A DNA stretch of 64,000 bases. It comes from Sterolibacterium sp. Its GTDB lineage: Bacteria; Pseudomonadota; Gammaproteobacteria; Burkholderiales; Rhodocyclaceae. This document shows, piece after piece, positions 39,253 through 50,853 of the stretch (positions are counted from its first letter, which is position 1; the number at the start of each line of letters is the position of its first letter). The notes under the pieces are model-generated. The model searched no databases. It worked only from the letters and a program-made list of their open reading frames with translations, and was not told where the DNA came from. A program made the translations under genes and the position numbers. The stretch covers positions 207 to 64,206 of the forward strand of contig JAHRWT010000056.1 of the NCBI GenBank assembly GCA_019105045.1, read 5' to 3'.

Positions 39253-40929
39253 ATGGCCAGTACGGCGCAAACCGCAAACTTTCCGCTGTCACTCGCAGCA
39301 CTCAACCAACTCACGCCCAATCAGAAAATCGGCGGATTGGCGGCGATCGCTTTCGCCATTGCCATCCTCGTTGGCACCTGGATGTGGAGCAAGAACATCG
39401 AGTACAGCGTGCTGTTTGCGAATATCGATGATCGTGATGGCGGACAGATCGTGGCCACCTTGCAGCAGATGAATGTGCCCTACAAGTTTTCGGCAGGTGG
39501 CAGCGCTATTCTGGTGCCGGCCACCCAGGTGCATGACACCCGTTTGCGGCTGGCCTCCCAGGGCTTGCCCAAGGGCGGACTGGTCGGTTTTGAAGTGATG
39601 GAAACGCAAAAACTGGGCGCCAGCCAGTTTCTCGAACAAATCAATTATCAGCGCGCCCTGGAAGGCGAGCTGGCACGTTCGATCCAGTCATTGCAGGCAG
39701 TGCAGGCGGCCCGCGTGCATCTGGCCATTCCCAAGCAGTCCGCTTTTTTGCGCGATGAACAAAAGCCGACGGCCTCGGTCGTGCTCTCCCTCTTTCCCGG
39801 ACGGGCGCTTGAATCCGCCCAGGTCGCCGGCATCGTGCATCTGGTGGCTGCCAGCGTTTCCCGGCTCACACCCAACAATGTCAGCGTGATCGACCAGAAC
39901 GGCAACCTGGTTTCAAGAAGCAATGCCAACGAGCGCGATACCGGCCTGGATCCCAGCCAGATCAAATACCTGAGCGATCTCGAACAAACCACGGCGCGAC
40001 GGATCGAGGCCATACTTGAACCCATCGTGGGCGCCGGCAATGTGCGCGCCCAGGTGGCCGCCGACATTGATTTCTCGCAGGTCGAGCAGGTTGCCGAGAC
40101 TTATGTGCCCAATCCGGCCAGCCATGCCGCCATCCGCAGCCAGCAGACCAGCGAAACCAGCAACCCGGCGGCCGCAGGCATGGCTCTGGGCGTGCCTGGC
40201 GCCCTGTCGAATCAGCCGCCCGTGCCGGCCATCGCCCCGATCACTTCGCCGCCCATCGTCGGCCAGAGCAATGCCACCAGCGATGGTCGTGATGTCGCCG
40301 CCGGTGCGGCCGGTGCCGGCGGGGCCAGCCAGATACAAAACCGGAACGCCACCACCAATTACGAACTCGACAAGACCATCAAGCACACCCGCAGCAATTT
40401 TGGCGCGCTCAAGCGGCTGTCCGTGGCGGTTGTCGTCAATCACAAGCAAAGCGCCCCGGGCAACGAAGGCAAGGTCAAATCCACGCCACTGAGTACGGCC
40501 GAAATGCAGCAGGTCAATGAACTGGTGCGCGAAGCCATGGGTTACAACCAGGAACGCGGTGATACGCTCAATGTCGCCAATGTTTCCTTCAATCCGGTAG
40601 AAAAAGAGGTCGTGCCTGAAATTCCGCTCTGGCAGAACACCCAACTGCTGGCCATGGCCCAGGAAAGCCTGAAGTACATTCTGATTGCCATCGTCGCCCT
40701 GCTGCTGTGGAACAAGATGCTCAAGCCGCTGTTCAACGCATGGACGCGCGCGGCGGAAGAACGACGCAGGATGCTCGAATTGGCCAACCAGGAAAAAGAA
40801 GCCGAGCAAACCGCCAATGCGCCTCGTCGCAAGTACGACGCCAAGCTGGCCGATGCCCGCGACCTGGCCAGACAGGATCCCAAACTCGTTGCTGATGTCA
40901 TCAAAGGCTGGGTCAGCGGCAATGAGTAG
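39253..40929 (+). CDS. fliF: Flagellar MS-ring protein
   Basis: RLRLASQGLPKGG, RALEGELARSI, ARVHLAIPK, GVPGALSNQPP, RLSVAVVVN. Confidence 0.97.
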   Translation: MASTAQTANFPLSLAALNQLTPNQKIGGLAAIAFAIAILVGTWMWSKNIEYSVLFANIDDRDGGQIVATLQQMNVPYKFSAGGSAILVPATQVHDTRLRLASQGLPKGGLVGFEVMETQKLGASQFLEQINYQRALEGELARSIQSLQAVQAARVHLAIPKQSAFLRDEQKPTASVVLSLFPGRALESAQVAGIVHLVAASVSRLTPNNVSVIDQNGNLVSRSNANERDTGLDPSQIKYLSDLEQTTARRIEAILEPIVGAGNVRAQVAADIDFSQVEQVAETYVPNPASHAAIRSQQTSETSNPAAAGMALGVPGALSNQPPVPAIAPITSPPIVGQSNATSDGRDVAAGAAGAGGASQIQNRNATTNYELDKTIKHTRSNFGALKRLSVAVVVNHKQSAPGNEGKVKSTPLSTAEMQQVNELVREAMGYNQERGDTLNVANVSFNPVEKEVVPEIPLWQNTQLLAMAQESLKYILIAIVALLLWNKMLKPLFNAWTRAAEERRRMLELANQEKEAEQTANAPRRKYDAKLADARDLARQDPKLVADVIKGWVSGNE

Positions 40930-41914
40930 CGAAGGCGTCGAAAAAGGTGCCATGCTGCTGCTCTCCCTGGGAGGAGACCAGGCCGCAGAAGTCCTCAAGC
41001 ATCTGAGCCCGAAGGAAGTGCAGAAACTGGGACATGCGATGGCCAATCTCCAGGGCGTGCCGCGTGAAAAAATCGAGGACATTCTCGATGAGCTCGAAGC
41101 CGAAACCGCCCAGGGCGCCGGGGTTTCTGCTGACGAAGAAGCCATCCGCAACATGCTTACCAAGGCTTTGGGGGATGACCGCGCCTCCAATCTGATTTCC
41201 CGCATCCTGCACGGTAGCGATACTGCGGGTATCGAAAGCCTGAAGTGGATGGATGCGGGCACAGTGGCCGACATGATCCGCAACGAGCATCCGCAGATCA
41301 TCGCAACCATTCTGGTGCATCTCGATTACGATCATGCGGGCGAAATTCTCAAGTTGTTCAGCGACCGCCTGCGCAATGACGTATTGCTGCGCATCGCCAC
41401 CCTGGACGGCGTGCAGCCTCAGGCTTTGTCTGATCTCAACGAAGCCCTGACGCGGATGCTTTCCGGTTCGACAACCATCAAGAAGGCAGCGATCGGCGGC
41501 ATTCGTCATGCGGCCGAAATTCTCAACTTTGTTGGCCAGGCACAGGAAACCGCCATCATTGACAATGTGCGGGAATATGATCCCGACCTGGCACAGAAAA
41601 TCCTCGATGAAATGTTCGTCTTCGACAATCTTCTCGAAGTCGATGATCGCGGCATCCAGCTGCTGCTGCGCGAAGTGCAGTCTGACTCGCTGATCGTGGC
41701 ACTGAAGGGCGCGCCGCCGGAATTGCGCGAGAAGATTTTCAGGAACATGTCGCAACGTGCGGCCGAAATGCTGCGCGAGGATCTCGAAGCCAAAGGGCCG
41801 GTACGCCTGTCGGAAGTCGAAATGGAACAGAAGGAAATTCTCAAGATTGCCCGCCGCCTGGCCGACGAGGGCCAGATCCAGCTCGGCGGCGGCGGTCAGG
41901 ATGCCTTCGTTTGA
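40922..41914 (+). CDS. fliG: Flagellar motor switch protein G
   Basis: EHPQIIATIL, MFVFDNL, NMSQRAA, GPVRLSEVE. Confidence 0.97.
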   Translation: MSSEGVEKGAMLLLSLGGDQAAEVLKHLSPKEVQKLGHAMANLQGVPREKIEDILDELEAETAQGAGVSADEEAIRNMLTKALGDDRASNLISRILHGSDTAGIESLKWMDAGTVADMIRNEHPQIIATILVHLDYDHAGEILKLFSDRLRNDVLLRIATLDGVQPQALSDLNEALTRMLSGSTTIKKAAIGGIRHAAEILNFVGQAQETAIIDNVREYDPDLAQKILDEMFVFDNLLEVDDRGIQLLLREVQSDSLIVALKGAPPELREKIFRNMSQRAAEMLREDLEAKGPVRLSEVEMEQKEILKIARRLADEGQIQLGGGGQDAFV

Positions 41915-41961
41915 TTGATGCGATTTGAACCACGCCCACCGATCCGTCACCAATCTTCGCA

Positions 41962-42759
41962 ATGACCGAGCCAAACGACGACGAGCCGAATCCGGAAGCC
42001 TGGCAGCGCTGGCAGCTGGCCCGTTTCGATGCGCCATTGTCTTCACCGGCTGCGGCAACAGCGGCAGCGGCGAGTGCCCCGTCGCCTTCCAGAACAAGCA
42101 AAGCGGCGAGTGCGGCCGACAAGGCAGCGGCAACTGCAGCGGCGGCCGCCAGAGAACTGGAGCAGCTCCGCCAGGCCGCGCGGGATGCGGGTCATGCCGA
42201 AGGCCATGCGGCCGGCCTGGCAGAAGGACGACAGCAGGCGCACAACGCCGCCCAGCGTCTGTCACAACTGGCTGCCGGACTGGAAACGGCACTCGATGCA
42301 TTCGACCAACACATGGCCAAGGAAGTCCTGGCCCTCTCTCTTGCGGTCGCCCGCCAGATCCTGCGCCAGCACATCGAAGTCCATCCCGAATCGCTGCTGC
42401 CCACCCTGCGCGAATTACTGGCTCAACTGCACCATCCCCAAGTGCTGATTTCACTCCATCCCGACGATGCCGCCTTGCTGCGCAGCTATCTCGATGGCCA
42501 GCCCGGCCATGAAGGCCACCGCCTGCATGAAGACCCGCGTATGCAGCGCGGCGGCTGTGTCATTGACGCCGGTGGCGGGCAGATCGATGCCCGCATGGAA
42601 ACCCGTTGGCAGCGCGTGGTTGAAAGCCTGGGCAGCCAGATTTCCTGGCTGGGCGAGCCTGATCAGGCCGCCGGCACGCACCGGCGGCCTACTGACGATA
42701 TGCACGCCCCCCCTGACAAAGTACTGCAGGCAGGTCCGCCACAACCTGATGCCGAGTGA
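41962..42759 (+). CDS. fliH: Flagellar assembly protein H
   Basis: AWQRWQL, GxxxG repeats ([13 protein letters not shown]), [18 protein letters not shown]. Confidence 0.92.
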   Translation: MTEPNDDEPNPEAWQRWQLARFDAPLSSPAAATAAAASAPSPSRTSKAASAADKAAATAAAAARELEQLRQAARDAGHAEGHAAGLAEGRQQAHNAAQRLSQLAAGLETALDAFDQHMAKEVLALSLAVARQILRQHIEVHPESLLPTLRELLAQLHHPQVLISLHPDDAALLRSYLDGQPGHEGHRLHEDPRMQRGGCVIDAGGGQIDARMETRWQRVVESLGSQISWLGEPDQAAGTHRRPTDDMHAPPDKVLQAGPPQPDAE

Positions 42760-44183
42760 AGATGACGGACAGCCCGCACAATCCACATCTGCGCAAGTTG
42801 CAGGGATTTCTTGAAAATTGCCGGCACCAGGTCGAACAAGTCGCGCCTTTTTGCCGCTACGGCCGGCTGACACGCATCAATGGTCTGGTCATGGAAGCGA
42901 CCGGCATCCAGTTGCCGCTGGGTTCCAGCTGCAACATATTGCTGCCGGGCGGACGTGCCGTCGAAGCCGAGGTAGTTGGTTTCTCAGGCGACAATCTCTA
43001 CATGATGCCTTCCGACGACGTGCAGGGTCTGGCGCCCGGCGCTCTGGTGACCGCCATGGAAGCCGTACCGCTTCCGCCACAGCCGGGTGAACAGCCACAA
43101 CCCTTGCGCCGGCAGATCGACCGAGCCAAGCATGTGCCCGTCGGCGAAGCCTTGCTTGGTCGCGTGCTTGACAGCAATGGCCGGCCGCTTGATGGCCTGG
43201 GTCCCCTCGTGAATCCGCAGACCCGCTCCTTGCAGAGCCGACCGATCAATCCGCTTTCGCGCGCGCCGATCACACACAGTCTGGATGTCGGCATACGCGC
43301 CATCAACGCCTTGCTGACGGTCGGTGGCGGGCAGCGACTGGGGCTGTTTGCCGGCTCGGGCGTGGGCAAGAGCGTGCTGCTGGGCATGATGGCGCGCTAT
43401 ACCGAAGCCGAAGTCATCGTCGTCGGCCTGATCGGCGAACGTGGCCGCGAAGTCAAGGAATTCATCGAGCAGATTCTTGGCGAAGAAGGCCGCCGGCGCG
43501 CAGTTGTGGTGGCGGCCCCGGCCGACACCAGTCCGTTGATGCGCCTGCAGGGCACCTACTACGCCACAACGATCGCCGAGGAATTCCGCGACCAGGGCTA
43601 CAAAGTCTTGCTGATCATGGATTCGCTCACCCGCTTTGCCATGGCTCAGCGTGAAATCGCCCTGGCCATCGGCGAGCCGCCGGTCACACGTGGTTATCCG
43701 CCCTCGGTCTTCGCCCGCCTGCCGGCCCTGGTCGAACGCGCCGGCAACGGCCCCGAAGGCGGCGGCTCGATCACCGCCTTCTACACCGTTCTCGCCGAAG
43801 GGGACGACCAGCAGGACCCGATCGCCGATTCGGCCCGCGCCATACTTGACGGTCACTTCGTCCTCTCGCGCCATCTGGCGGATGCCGGCCATTACCCGGC
43901 CATCGACATCGAACAATCGATTTCGCGCGCCATGACCGGCTTGATCGATGCGGCTCATCTCGACCAGGTGCGCCGCTTCAAGCAACTGTATTCGCGCTAC
44001 CAGCGTTCACGCGACCTGATCGCCGTCGGCGCCTATGCAGCCGGCTCCGATCCCTTGCTGGATGAAGCCATCCGCCTGCAACCTTTGATGGAAGCCTTCC
44101 TGCAACAGCGTATAGACGAACGTTCCGACTACGCAAACAGCCTGGCCGCCCTGTCGCAACTCTTCACCACCATGCAGCAATAG
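42756..44183 (+). CDS. fliI: Flagellar export ATPase
   Basis: [38 protein letters not shown]. Confidence 0.97.
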   Translation: MKMTDSPHNPHLRKLQGFLENCRHQVEQVAPFCRYGRLTRINGLVMEATGIQLPLGSSCNILLPGGRAVEAEVVGFSGDNLYMMPSDDVQGLAPGALVTAMEAVPLPPQPGEQPQPLRRQIDRAKHVPVGEALLGRVLDSNGRPLDGLGPLVNPQTRSLQSRPINPLSRAPITHSLDVGIRAINALLTVGGGQRLGLFAGSGVGKSVLLGMMARYTEAEVIVVGLIGERGREVKEFIEQILGEEGRRRAVVVAAPADTSPLMRLQGTYYATTIAEEFRDQGYKVLLIMDSLTRFAMAQREIALAIGEPPVTRGYPPSVFARLPALVERAGNGPEGGGSITAFYTVLAEGDDQQDPIADSARAILDGHFVLSRHLADAGHYPAIDIEQSISRAMTGLIDAAHLDQVRRFKQLYSRYQRSRDLIAVGAYAAGSDPLLDEAIRLQPLMEAFLQQRIDERSDYANSLAALSQLFTTMQQ

Positions 44184-44230
44184 GCTAGGATGCGTTTCAT
44201 GCAGCCTCCTTCTTTCTTCGGTATCTCACC

Positions 44231-44686
44231 GTGAGCAAACTCTTTCCCCTGCAAACGCTGCTTGACCTTTCCCAATTGCGCATGGATGAAGCCTCGCGCA
44301 AGCTGGGCGAACTGCTTGCCAGCGAACAGGAAGCCAACGGCCGACTGACGCTGCTGCAACAATATCGCGTCGAATATCGCGAGCGTTTTATGGCCGCCGC
44401 CAGCAATGGTATCGACCGCAATACCCTGAACAACTACCAGGTTTTTCTTCAGCGTCTGGATGAGGCCGTGCTCCAGGCGCAAGCGCTGGTCGAGCAGTCG
44501 AAACAACACACCGCGCGCGGGCAGCAGGAGTGGCTGGACAAACGGGGTCGCCTCAAGGCCTACGACACGCTGTCCACACGCCATCAGGTTCGTGAGCAAC
44601 ACATCGAGAACCGCAAGGAACAAAAACTGCTTGACGAACATGCTGCCCGCAAACATGGCAACACGAAGGCAAGCACAATGCCTTGA
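44231..44686 (+). CDS. fliJ: Flagellar export protein J
   Basis: LLQQYRVEY, NYQVFLQRLDEA, EQKLLDE; position after fliI. Confidence 0.92.
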   Translation: MSKLFPLQTLLDLSQLRMDEASRKLGELLASEQEANGRLTLLQQYRVEYRERFMAAASNGIDRNTLNNYQVFLQRLDEAVLQAQALVEQSKQHTARGQQEWLDKRGRLKAYDTLSTRHQVREQHIENRKEQKLLDEHAARKHGNTKASTMP

Positions 44687-44697
44687 GTGATTCCATC

Positions 44698-44713
44698 TGG
44701 CACGGCTCTTGCT
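44698..44713 (+). promoter_or_regulatory. Sigma54 promoter upstream of fliK
   Basis: TGGCAC-GGCTC-TTGCT. Confidence 0.82.
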
Positions 44714-44770
44714 GAAGACAAGGCAACAGGCAGGACAATGCTGCTGTTGCCAACAGAAAGGGAATCAACC

Positions 44771-46204
44771 ATGCCGGAAATCGCCAGCGCCCCCCTCTTT
44801 TCCGCCCTTGCCCCGGCAAGCGGTCAGACGACGGCAGCCAGTCACGCCGCCAGTCGGGGCAACCTGCCTGAAAAGGACGCCCAGGGCAGCTTTGCCAGCA
44901 TACTGAAACAGCAGACCAAGTCACCGGCTTCATCGGCGACGGCCGCAACACCGCCATCTGCCCGCGAAACGCCAGCGAATACGGCAAATAACGCCGCCCA
45001 GGATGGCACGGCGACCAGGTCAGCCGGCCTTGCCGACACTGTCTTGCCGCTACCGCAGGCCCAGGATACTGCCCAGCATCCCCTGCTGTCCGCTGAGACA
45101 ACGACAACAGCAATCGATACCGCGCTGTCCGCATTGGCCAGCGAAGATCACGTAGACGACAACGCTGCCGGGCCGTTTCCGCAGTTTTCCCAACAGATCA
45201 CGAATGCCGCCGCAGACGCCCAGGCAGCCGCCGGCAATGCGCAGTTTGCCGGCATGACCAGCGGACAGCCGATGCCAACAACGGCATCAACAACCCCAAC
45301 GGAAATGACCGACCCGACAACGGGCGAACAGAGCGCTGCCCACAGCGACCCCGTCATGATCACGGCCTCATCGGCCAGCCCGTCGGCCACGACAAACAAT
45401 CCAGCCGTCACCGATAGCCCGGATCAAATGGCCAGTGCGGCCTTGCGCGCCGCCCCCAATCCGCTTACCCACAACACTGAACAGACAACCAGCGCCCTGC
45501 CGGCACCGCAAAGAACCCCGCCGGACGCCACAACCGGTGTGCTCGATAACAACAGTCCGGCCAAGTCGGCAGAAATTGCCGGTACAGCCGTTGCCGGTGA
45601 AAATGCTGCCCACCGTACGAGCCCTCACAGCAACGGCACAGCGAGCCCGCCGGAAAATTTCGCACAACTGCTGGCAGCCACCCAGGCGGGGCAGGCTCCC
45701 GCCGCCCCACCGCACGTGCTGCGCGACAGTCTGGTGCGCGGCGATACCCCGGGCCGACTCGACTCACCGCTGGGCAGCAGCGCCTGGCACCGCGAACTGG
45801 GTGACAAGCTGGTCTGGATGGTTGGCCGCCAGGAGCAACGGGCCGAGCTGGTTCTCAACCCGCCCCAACTCGGTCGCGTCGAAATTTCGCTGAATCTGCG
45901 TGGCGACCAGGCCAGCGCGAACTTCATGGCCGTCAATCCAGCCGTGCGTGAAGCGCTGGAAAACGCCCTGCCACGATTGCGGGAAATGTTCGCCGAAGCC
46001 GGCCTGAGCCTGGGACAAGCCCAGGTTGGCGCCGATTCGGGCAACCACGCAGCCGGCCAGTCCTTTGCCAACAGCGGAAACGGGGAGCATTCATCGCGCT
46101 TTTTCAGCGCACTGGAAGACCATGGCGACGTTAAGATGGCGCACTTGACGAATCAGGGCACCTGGCTGCGCCAGGGCAGAGGGATGGTCGATACTTTTGC
46201 CTGA
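44771..46204 (+). CDS. fliK: Flagellar hook-length control protein
   Basis: Low-complexity T/A/P N-terminus; AELVLNPPQLGRVEI, LPRLREMFAEAG, MVDTFA; ATG 44771 follows an AAAGGGA SD and the sigma54 site. Confidence 0.92.
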   Translation: MPEIASAPLFSALAPASGQTTAASHAASRGNLPEKDAQGSFASILKQQTKSPASSATAATPPSARETPANTANNAAQDGTATRSAGLADTVLPLPQAQDTAQHPLLSAETTTTAIDTALSALASEDHVDDNAAGPFPQFSQQITNAAADAQAAAGNAQFAGMTSGQPMPTTASTTPTEMTDPTTGEQSAAHSDPVMITASSASPSATTNNPAVTDSPDQMASAALRAAPNPLTHNTEQTTSALPAPQRTPPDATTGVLDNNSPAKSAEIAGTAVAGENAAHRTSPHSNGTASPPENFAQLLAATQAGQAPAAPPHVLRDSLVRGDTPGRLDSPLGSSAWHRELGDKLVWMVGRQEQRAELVLNPPQLGRVEISLNLRGDQASANFMAVNPAVREALENALPRLREMFAEAGLSLGQAQVGADSGNHAAGQSFANSGNGEHSSRFFSALEDHGDVKMAHLTNQGTWLRQGRGMVDTFA

Positions 46205-46300
46205 GCCCTTGTGGCGTGCCATACTCGACCGCGGCAAGTCTGGCCGTCAGTTCCCGCTTGCCTGGAAATGACGGTCTGTGATCGTGTTAAGGAGTGATGC

Positions 46301-46861
46301 ATGGCGAAAGCCCCGGAAAAAAGTTCTGACGACGCAGCGGCCGTACCGGCAAAAGCCGGCAAGAAGCCGACGTTGATAATTCTCGCTTCGCTGATATTGC
46401 TGTTGGTCATTGGCGGCGGCGCAGGTTTCTTCATGCTGAAAAAGAATCAGCAGCCCGCCACGGAAGACGAAGAAGCCAAACTGGAAAAAATCAAACGGAT
46501 CAAGGCCGAAACACCGCCGGTGATGGTCAAGCTGGATCAATTCACCGTCAAACTGCAACCGGAAGACGACAAGGCAGAACAATACATGCAGGCCGTCGTC
46601 GAGTTCGAAGTCCTCGACAGCCAGAGCGCAGACCGCGTCAAGGTCTTCATGTCAAAAATCCGCGCCAAGATTCTGCTGATCCTGCTCGGAAAAACGCCTT
46701 CGGAAATTTCCTCGCCACAAGGCGTCGAACTGCTGACGACGGAAATCCGCAATGAAACCAACCATATTCTTGACGGCACGACCCGGCCACCCGCCACCCC
46801 CCTGCCCGGACCGGACGATTCGGTGCAGGCCGTCTACCTGACCCAGTTCATCATCCAATAA
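46301..46861 (+). CDS. fliL: Flagellar basal body-associated protein
   Basis: N-terminal TM GGGAGFF, FTVKL, C-terminal VYLTQFIIQ. Confidence 0.92.
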   Translation: MAKAPEKSSDDAAAVPAKAGKKPTLIILASLILLLVIGGGAGFFMLKKNQQPATEDEEAKLEKIKRIKAETPPVMVKLDQFTVKLQPEDDKAEQYMQAVVEFEVLDSQSADRVKVFMSKIRAKILLILLGKTPSEISSPQGVELLTTEIRNETNHILDGTTRPPATPLPGPDDSVQAVYLTQFIIQ

Positions 46862-46876
46862 ACGCAAGACACGCAC

Positions 46877-47854
46877 ATGAGCCAGGACTTTCTCTCCCAG
46901 GAAGAAGTCGATGCCCTGCTCAAGGGGGTGACCGGCGAAACCGACGACGCGCCTGCCGATACAGGTGACGACGGAGGCGTGCGGCCCTATGACGTGGGTC
47001 GCCAGGAACGCATCGTGCGTGGCCGGATGCCGACCCTGGAGCTCATCAACGAACGCTTTGCGCGCTATCTGCGCATTGGCCTGTTCAATTACATGCATCG
47101 CAATGCGGAAATCTCCTCCGGGCCGATCCGCGTGCAGAAATACAGCGAGTTCATCCGCAACCTGGTGGTGCCGACCAACCTGAATCTGGTTCAGGTCAAA
47201 CCCTTGCGGGGCACGGCCCTGTTCGTCTTTGATCCCAACCTGGTTTTTCTGGTCATCGACAACATGTTTGGCGGAGACGGGCGTTTTCACACCCGGGTTG
47301 AAGGACGTGATTTCACCCCCACCGAACAACGCATCATTCAGGGCTTGCTGGGTACCGTCTTTACCGAATACGAAAAATCCTGGAAACCGATCCATCCGGT
47401 CAGTTTTGAATATCTGCGTTCTGAAATGAACACGCAGTTTGCGAACATCGCCACGCCATCGGAAATCGTCGTTGCCGTTACCTTCACCATCGAACTGTCC
47501 GGCGCCGCTTCGGAAATGCATATCTGTCTGCCCTATTCGATGATCGAGCCGATACGTGGTGTGCTCTACAGCAGTCTGCACAGCGAACAGCTGTCAGCCG
47601 ACAAACGCTGGACCACTACCTTGCGTCGCCAGTTGCAGACTGCCGAAGTGGAGCTGGTCGCTCCGCTGGGCAACGCATCCATCAGTCTTGGCGACATCAT
47701 GCAACTGAAAGTTGGCGACATCATTCCCATTGAAGTCGAAGAAAAACTCAAGGTGACGGCCCATGACGTGCCGATTTTCTCGGCCAGCTATGGTGTGAAG
47801 AATGACCAGTACGCCCTGAAACTCGATCAATTCCTCGCCCAGGAAGAAAACTGA
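46877..47854 (+). CDS. fliM: Flagellar motor switch protein M
   Basis: LSQEEVDALL, RGRMPTLE, FGGDGR, RDFTPTE. Confidence 0.97.
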   Translation: MSQDFLSQEEVDALLKGVTGETDDAPADTGDDGGVRPYDVGRQERIVRGRMPTLELINERFARYLRIGLFNYMHRNAEISSGPIRVQKYSEFIRNLVVPTNLNLVQVKPLRGTALFVFDPNLVFLVIDNMFGGDGRFHTRVEGRDFTPTEQRIIQGLLGTVFTEYEKSWKPIHPVSFEYLRSEMNTQFANIATPSEIVVAVTFTIELSGAASEMHICLPYSMIEPIRGVLYSSLHSEQLSADKRWTTTLRRQLQTAEVELVAPLGNASISLGDIMQLKVGDIIPIEVEEKLKVTAHDVPIFSASYGVKNDQYALKLDQFLAQEEN

Positions 47855-47876
47855 AACAGCCCCTCTGGAGTATGCA

Positions 47877-48281
47877 ATGACGGATGAAGAAAATCAGGTG
47901 AGTGACGATGACTGGGCTGCCGCCATGGGCGAGCAGAGTGCGGCCGAAAGCGCCCAGGCGCAGGCGGCCACCGCCAAGGTCTTTGACGAGCTCTCCGACG
48001 ATGCGGGAAAGGGCAGCCTGCGCGATTTCGACATGATCCTCGACATCCCGGTGAACCTCACGGTCGAACTGGGGCGCACCCGCATTGCCATTCGCGACCT
48101 GCTGCAACTGGCCCACGGCTCGGTGGTCGAGCTGGACGGCCTGGCCGGCGAGCCCATGGATGTACTGGTCAATGGCACCCTGATTGCCCAGGGTGAAGTG
48201 GTGGTGGTCAACGAAAAATTCGGCATCCGCCTGACCGACATCATCACCCCGGCAGAACGCATGAGCAAAATCCGCCGCTGA
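47877..48281 (+). CDS. fliN: Flagellar motor switch protein N
   Basis: DDWAAAM, ILDIPV.LTVELGRT, GEVVVVNEKFGIRLTDI. Confidence 0.97.
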   Translation: MTDEENQVSDDDWAAAMGEQSAAESAQAQAATAKVFDELSDDAGKGSLRDFDMILDIPVNLTVELGRTRIAIRDLLQLAHGSVVELDGLAGEPMDVLVNGTLIAQGEVVVVNEKFGIRLTDIITPAERMSKIRR

Positions 48282-48441
48282 CCCAGCACCCGCTGTCCTG
48301 CGCCGCTGGTCAGCCAATCACCGGCAAAACACAGGCAGCAGAAAACTGGCGCAATTTCCGCCCTCTGCTCGGCGACTTGAAAAAAACTGCACGCGGTAAT
48401 CTCATCCGGCAAATTTTTCCATTCCGGATGTGGTCTGCCGA

Positions 48442-48924
48442 ATGCCGTTCCTGCGCTGCCTTGTTTCCTGCCTGCCCGTCCGCCCATGGCTGCTGGCGCT
48501 GGTTGGCCTGTCGCCCTCGCTCCAGGCAGCAACCGGCGCGTCGGCCGTCGGCCCAAGCGGCGGCCTGCTGCAAGTGATCTTCGGTCTGCTGCTGGTTGCC
48601 CTGCTGCTCGCCGGCAGCCTGTACCTGTTGAAGCGACTGGCCGTCCCCGCCCGCGCCAACGCGCTGCTGCGGGTGATCTGCGCCACTGCCGTTGGCACGC
48701 GGGAGCGCGTGGTGGTGGTTGAAGTCGGCGAAACCTGGCTGGTACTGGGGGTGGCCGCCGGCCAGATCAACAAACTGCATGAACTGCCGCGGCAGACCTT
48801 GCCCACCCACAGCCAACCCGCCGCCCCTCACCAGCTGTTTGCCGAAAAGCTCGGAAAAATCATGGCCCAGCGCAACAATCCCAGGGGCCCTTCCGTGGAA
48901 ACTGAGCATCCTCATGCGCCCTGA
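48442..48924 (+). CDS. fliO: Flagellar biosynthesis protein O
   Basis: TM segment, [21 protein letters not shown]; start uncertain. Confidence 0.88.
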   Translation: MPFLRCLVSCLPVRPWLLALVGLSPSLQAATGASAVGPSGGLLQVIFGLLLVALLLAGSLYLLKRLAVPARANALLRVICATAVGTRERVVVVEVGETWLVLGVAAGQINKLHELPRQTLPTHSQPAAPHQLFAEKLGKIMAQRNNPRGPSVETEHPHAP

Positions 48925-49669
48925 CCGATCACGCCGCTGGTATTGCGGCATTTCGCTGCTTGCCGGCCTGCTGCTGCCCTCGCTGGCCGCTGCCCAGGTT
49001 TTACCGGCAATCACCAGCGCACCCGCTGCCGACGGCAGCACGCAGTGGTCATTGTCGATCCAGACCCTGCTGATGCTCACCAGTCTGAGCTTCCTGCCGG
49101 CGCTGCTGCTGATGATGACCAGCTTCACCCGTATCATCATCGTCTTTTCATTGCTGCGCAGTGCCTTGGGCACCCAATCCTCGCCGCCCAATCAAGTCTT
49201 GGTCGGCCTGGCCCTGTTTCTGACTTTCTTCATCATGGCACCGGTAGGCGACCGGATCTATTCCGAAGCCTATCTGCCCCTGACCGAAAATCAGATCAGC
49301 TTTACCGAAGCACTTGACCGTGGGGCCGTGCCGCTGCGCAGCTTCATGCTCAAGCAGACTCGCGAGCCTGATCTGGCGCTATTCACCAAGATATCCAAGC
49401 AACCCCGACCCGAATCAGCCGAGCAGATATCCATGCGCGTGCTGATTCCCGCCTTTGTCACTTCGGAATTGAAGACCGCTTTCCAGATCGGCTTCATCGT
49501 CTTCATCCCTTTCCTGATCATCGACATGGTCGTCGCCTCTGTCCTGATGTCGATGGGCATGATGATGATGTCGCCGGTCATTGTCGCGTTGCCGTTCAAG
49601 ATCATGCTGTTTGTCCTGGTTGATGGCTGGACACTTCTGATCGGCTCGCTGGTACAGAGTTTCGGATAA
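48914..49669 (+). CDS. fliP: Flagellar export gate protein P
   Basis: [40 protein letters not shown]. Confidence 0.97.
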   Translation: MRPDRSRRWYCGISLLAGLLLPSLAAAQVLPAITSAPAADGSTQWSLSIQTLLMLTSLSFLPALLLMMTSFTRIIIVFSLLRSALGTQSSPPNQVLVGLALFLTFFIMAPVGDRIYSEAYLPLTENQISFTEALDRGAVPLRSFMLKQTREPDLALFTKISKQPRPESAEQISMRVLIPAFVTSELKTAFQIGFIVFIPFLIIDMVVASVLMSMGMMMMSPVIVALPFKIMLFVLVDGWTLLIGSLVQSFG

Positions 49670-49709
49670 CCCGTTCAACATCCGCCATTCAGCCATTTGG
49701 AGAAAACCC

Positions 49710-49979
49710 ATGACCCCCACCACTGTGATCGAAATCGGCCGCGGCGCGGTTGAAGTGCTGTTGATGGTCGCCCTGCCGCTGTTCATCGCCGCACTGCTGA
49801 CCGGGCTGCTGATCAGCATCTTTCAAGCCGCCACGCAGATCAACGAAGCCACGCTTTCCTTCGTACCCAAGCTGATCGCCATTTTTGTCACGCTGGTTGC
49901 CGCCGGCCCCTGGATGCTGACCGTCCTCACCGACTACATCCGCCGTCTTTACGAAAGCATACCGGACATCATCGGCTGA
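49710..49979 (+). CDS. fliQ: Flagellar export gate protein Q
   Basis: QAATQINEATLSFVPK, GPWML. Confidence 0.97.
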   Translation: MTPTTVIEIGRGAVEVLLMVALPLFIAALLTGLLISIFQAATQINEATLSFVPKLIAIFVTLVAAGPWMLTVLTDYIRRLYESIPDIIG

Positions 49980-50049
49980 CCCGTGCATGGGGTCGGTCGA
50001 TGGTCGATGGCAAATGGCGGATAGCCGATAGCGAACGGATGGCCAGCGG

Positions 50050-50853
50050 ATGATTTCCGTGACCTCTGCTCAACTGGAAGCCTGGCTGGCGGCTTTCATC
50101 TTTCCCATGGCCCGCATCCTGGCCATGCTGGCGGCTGCGCCGGTATTCAACAATGCCGGCCTGCCCCGGCAGATTCGCGTGGTCTTTGGCATCGCCATCA
50201 GCCTGGCGCTGGTGCCCGCCCTGCCTGCCACGGAGACGATTTCACCCGGCTCATGGCTGGGCATCGCCGTCCTCGGCCAGCAAATCCTGATCGGCGTCAT
50301 TTTTGGTCTGACCTTGCGCCTCATGTTCACAGCCGTCGATATGGCCGGTGAAATTATTGGCCTGCAAATGGGGCTGTCTTTCGCTTCCTTCTTTGACCCG
50401 AGCAACAGCGCCCAGACCTCGGCCATCGGCTCGTTCCTGGGCCTGCTCATGACACTGATGTTTCTGGCCATGAACGGCCATCTGCTGATGCTTTCAGCCC
50501 TGGCAGAAAGCTTTCAGCTGCTGCCCGTCAGCACCACGGTTTTTGCGGCCAAAGGCTTCAGCGCCCTGCTGGCCTGGTCCACCGTGATTTTCACGACCAG
50601 CCTGATGCTTGCCCTGCCGCTGATCACTGCACTGCTGATTGCCAACATCTCACTGGGCGTGCTGGCGCGGATAGCCCCGCAGCTCAATATTTTCGCCGTT
50701 GGCTTTCCAGTCACCATCGTGACCGGCTACACCGTGCTGCTGTTTTCTCTGCCGCACTTTGGTGCGGTATTGCAGAGCCTCTACGAACAGGGATTCGCGG
50801 CCCTGTCTGCCGTTCTTCAAGCCGGCGGCGCGCTGCCTGCGGCCGTACCCTGA
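50050..50853 (+). CDS. fliR: Flagellar export gate protein R
   Basis: AGEIIGLQMGLSFASFFDP, NGHL, RIAPQLNIFAVGFP. Confidence 0.96.
   Translation: MISVTSAQLEAWLAAFIFPMARILAMLAAAPVFNNAGLPRQIRVVFGIAISLALVPALPATETISPGSWLGIAVLGQQILIGVIFGLTLRLMFTAVDMAGEIIGLQMGLSFASFFDPSNSAQTSAIGSFLGLLMTLMFLAMNGHLLMLSALAESFQLLPVSTTVFAAKGFSALLAWSTVIFTTSLMLALPLITALLIANISLGVLARIAPQLNIFAVGFPVTIVTGYTVLLFSLPHFGAVLQSLYEQGFAALSAVLQAGGALPAAVP

Noticed and set aside
44687-44770. Longer fliK start at 44687
   Set aside because: It would contain the sigma54 promoter; the SD supports ATG 44771
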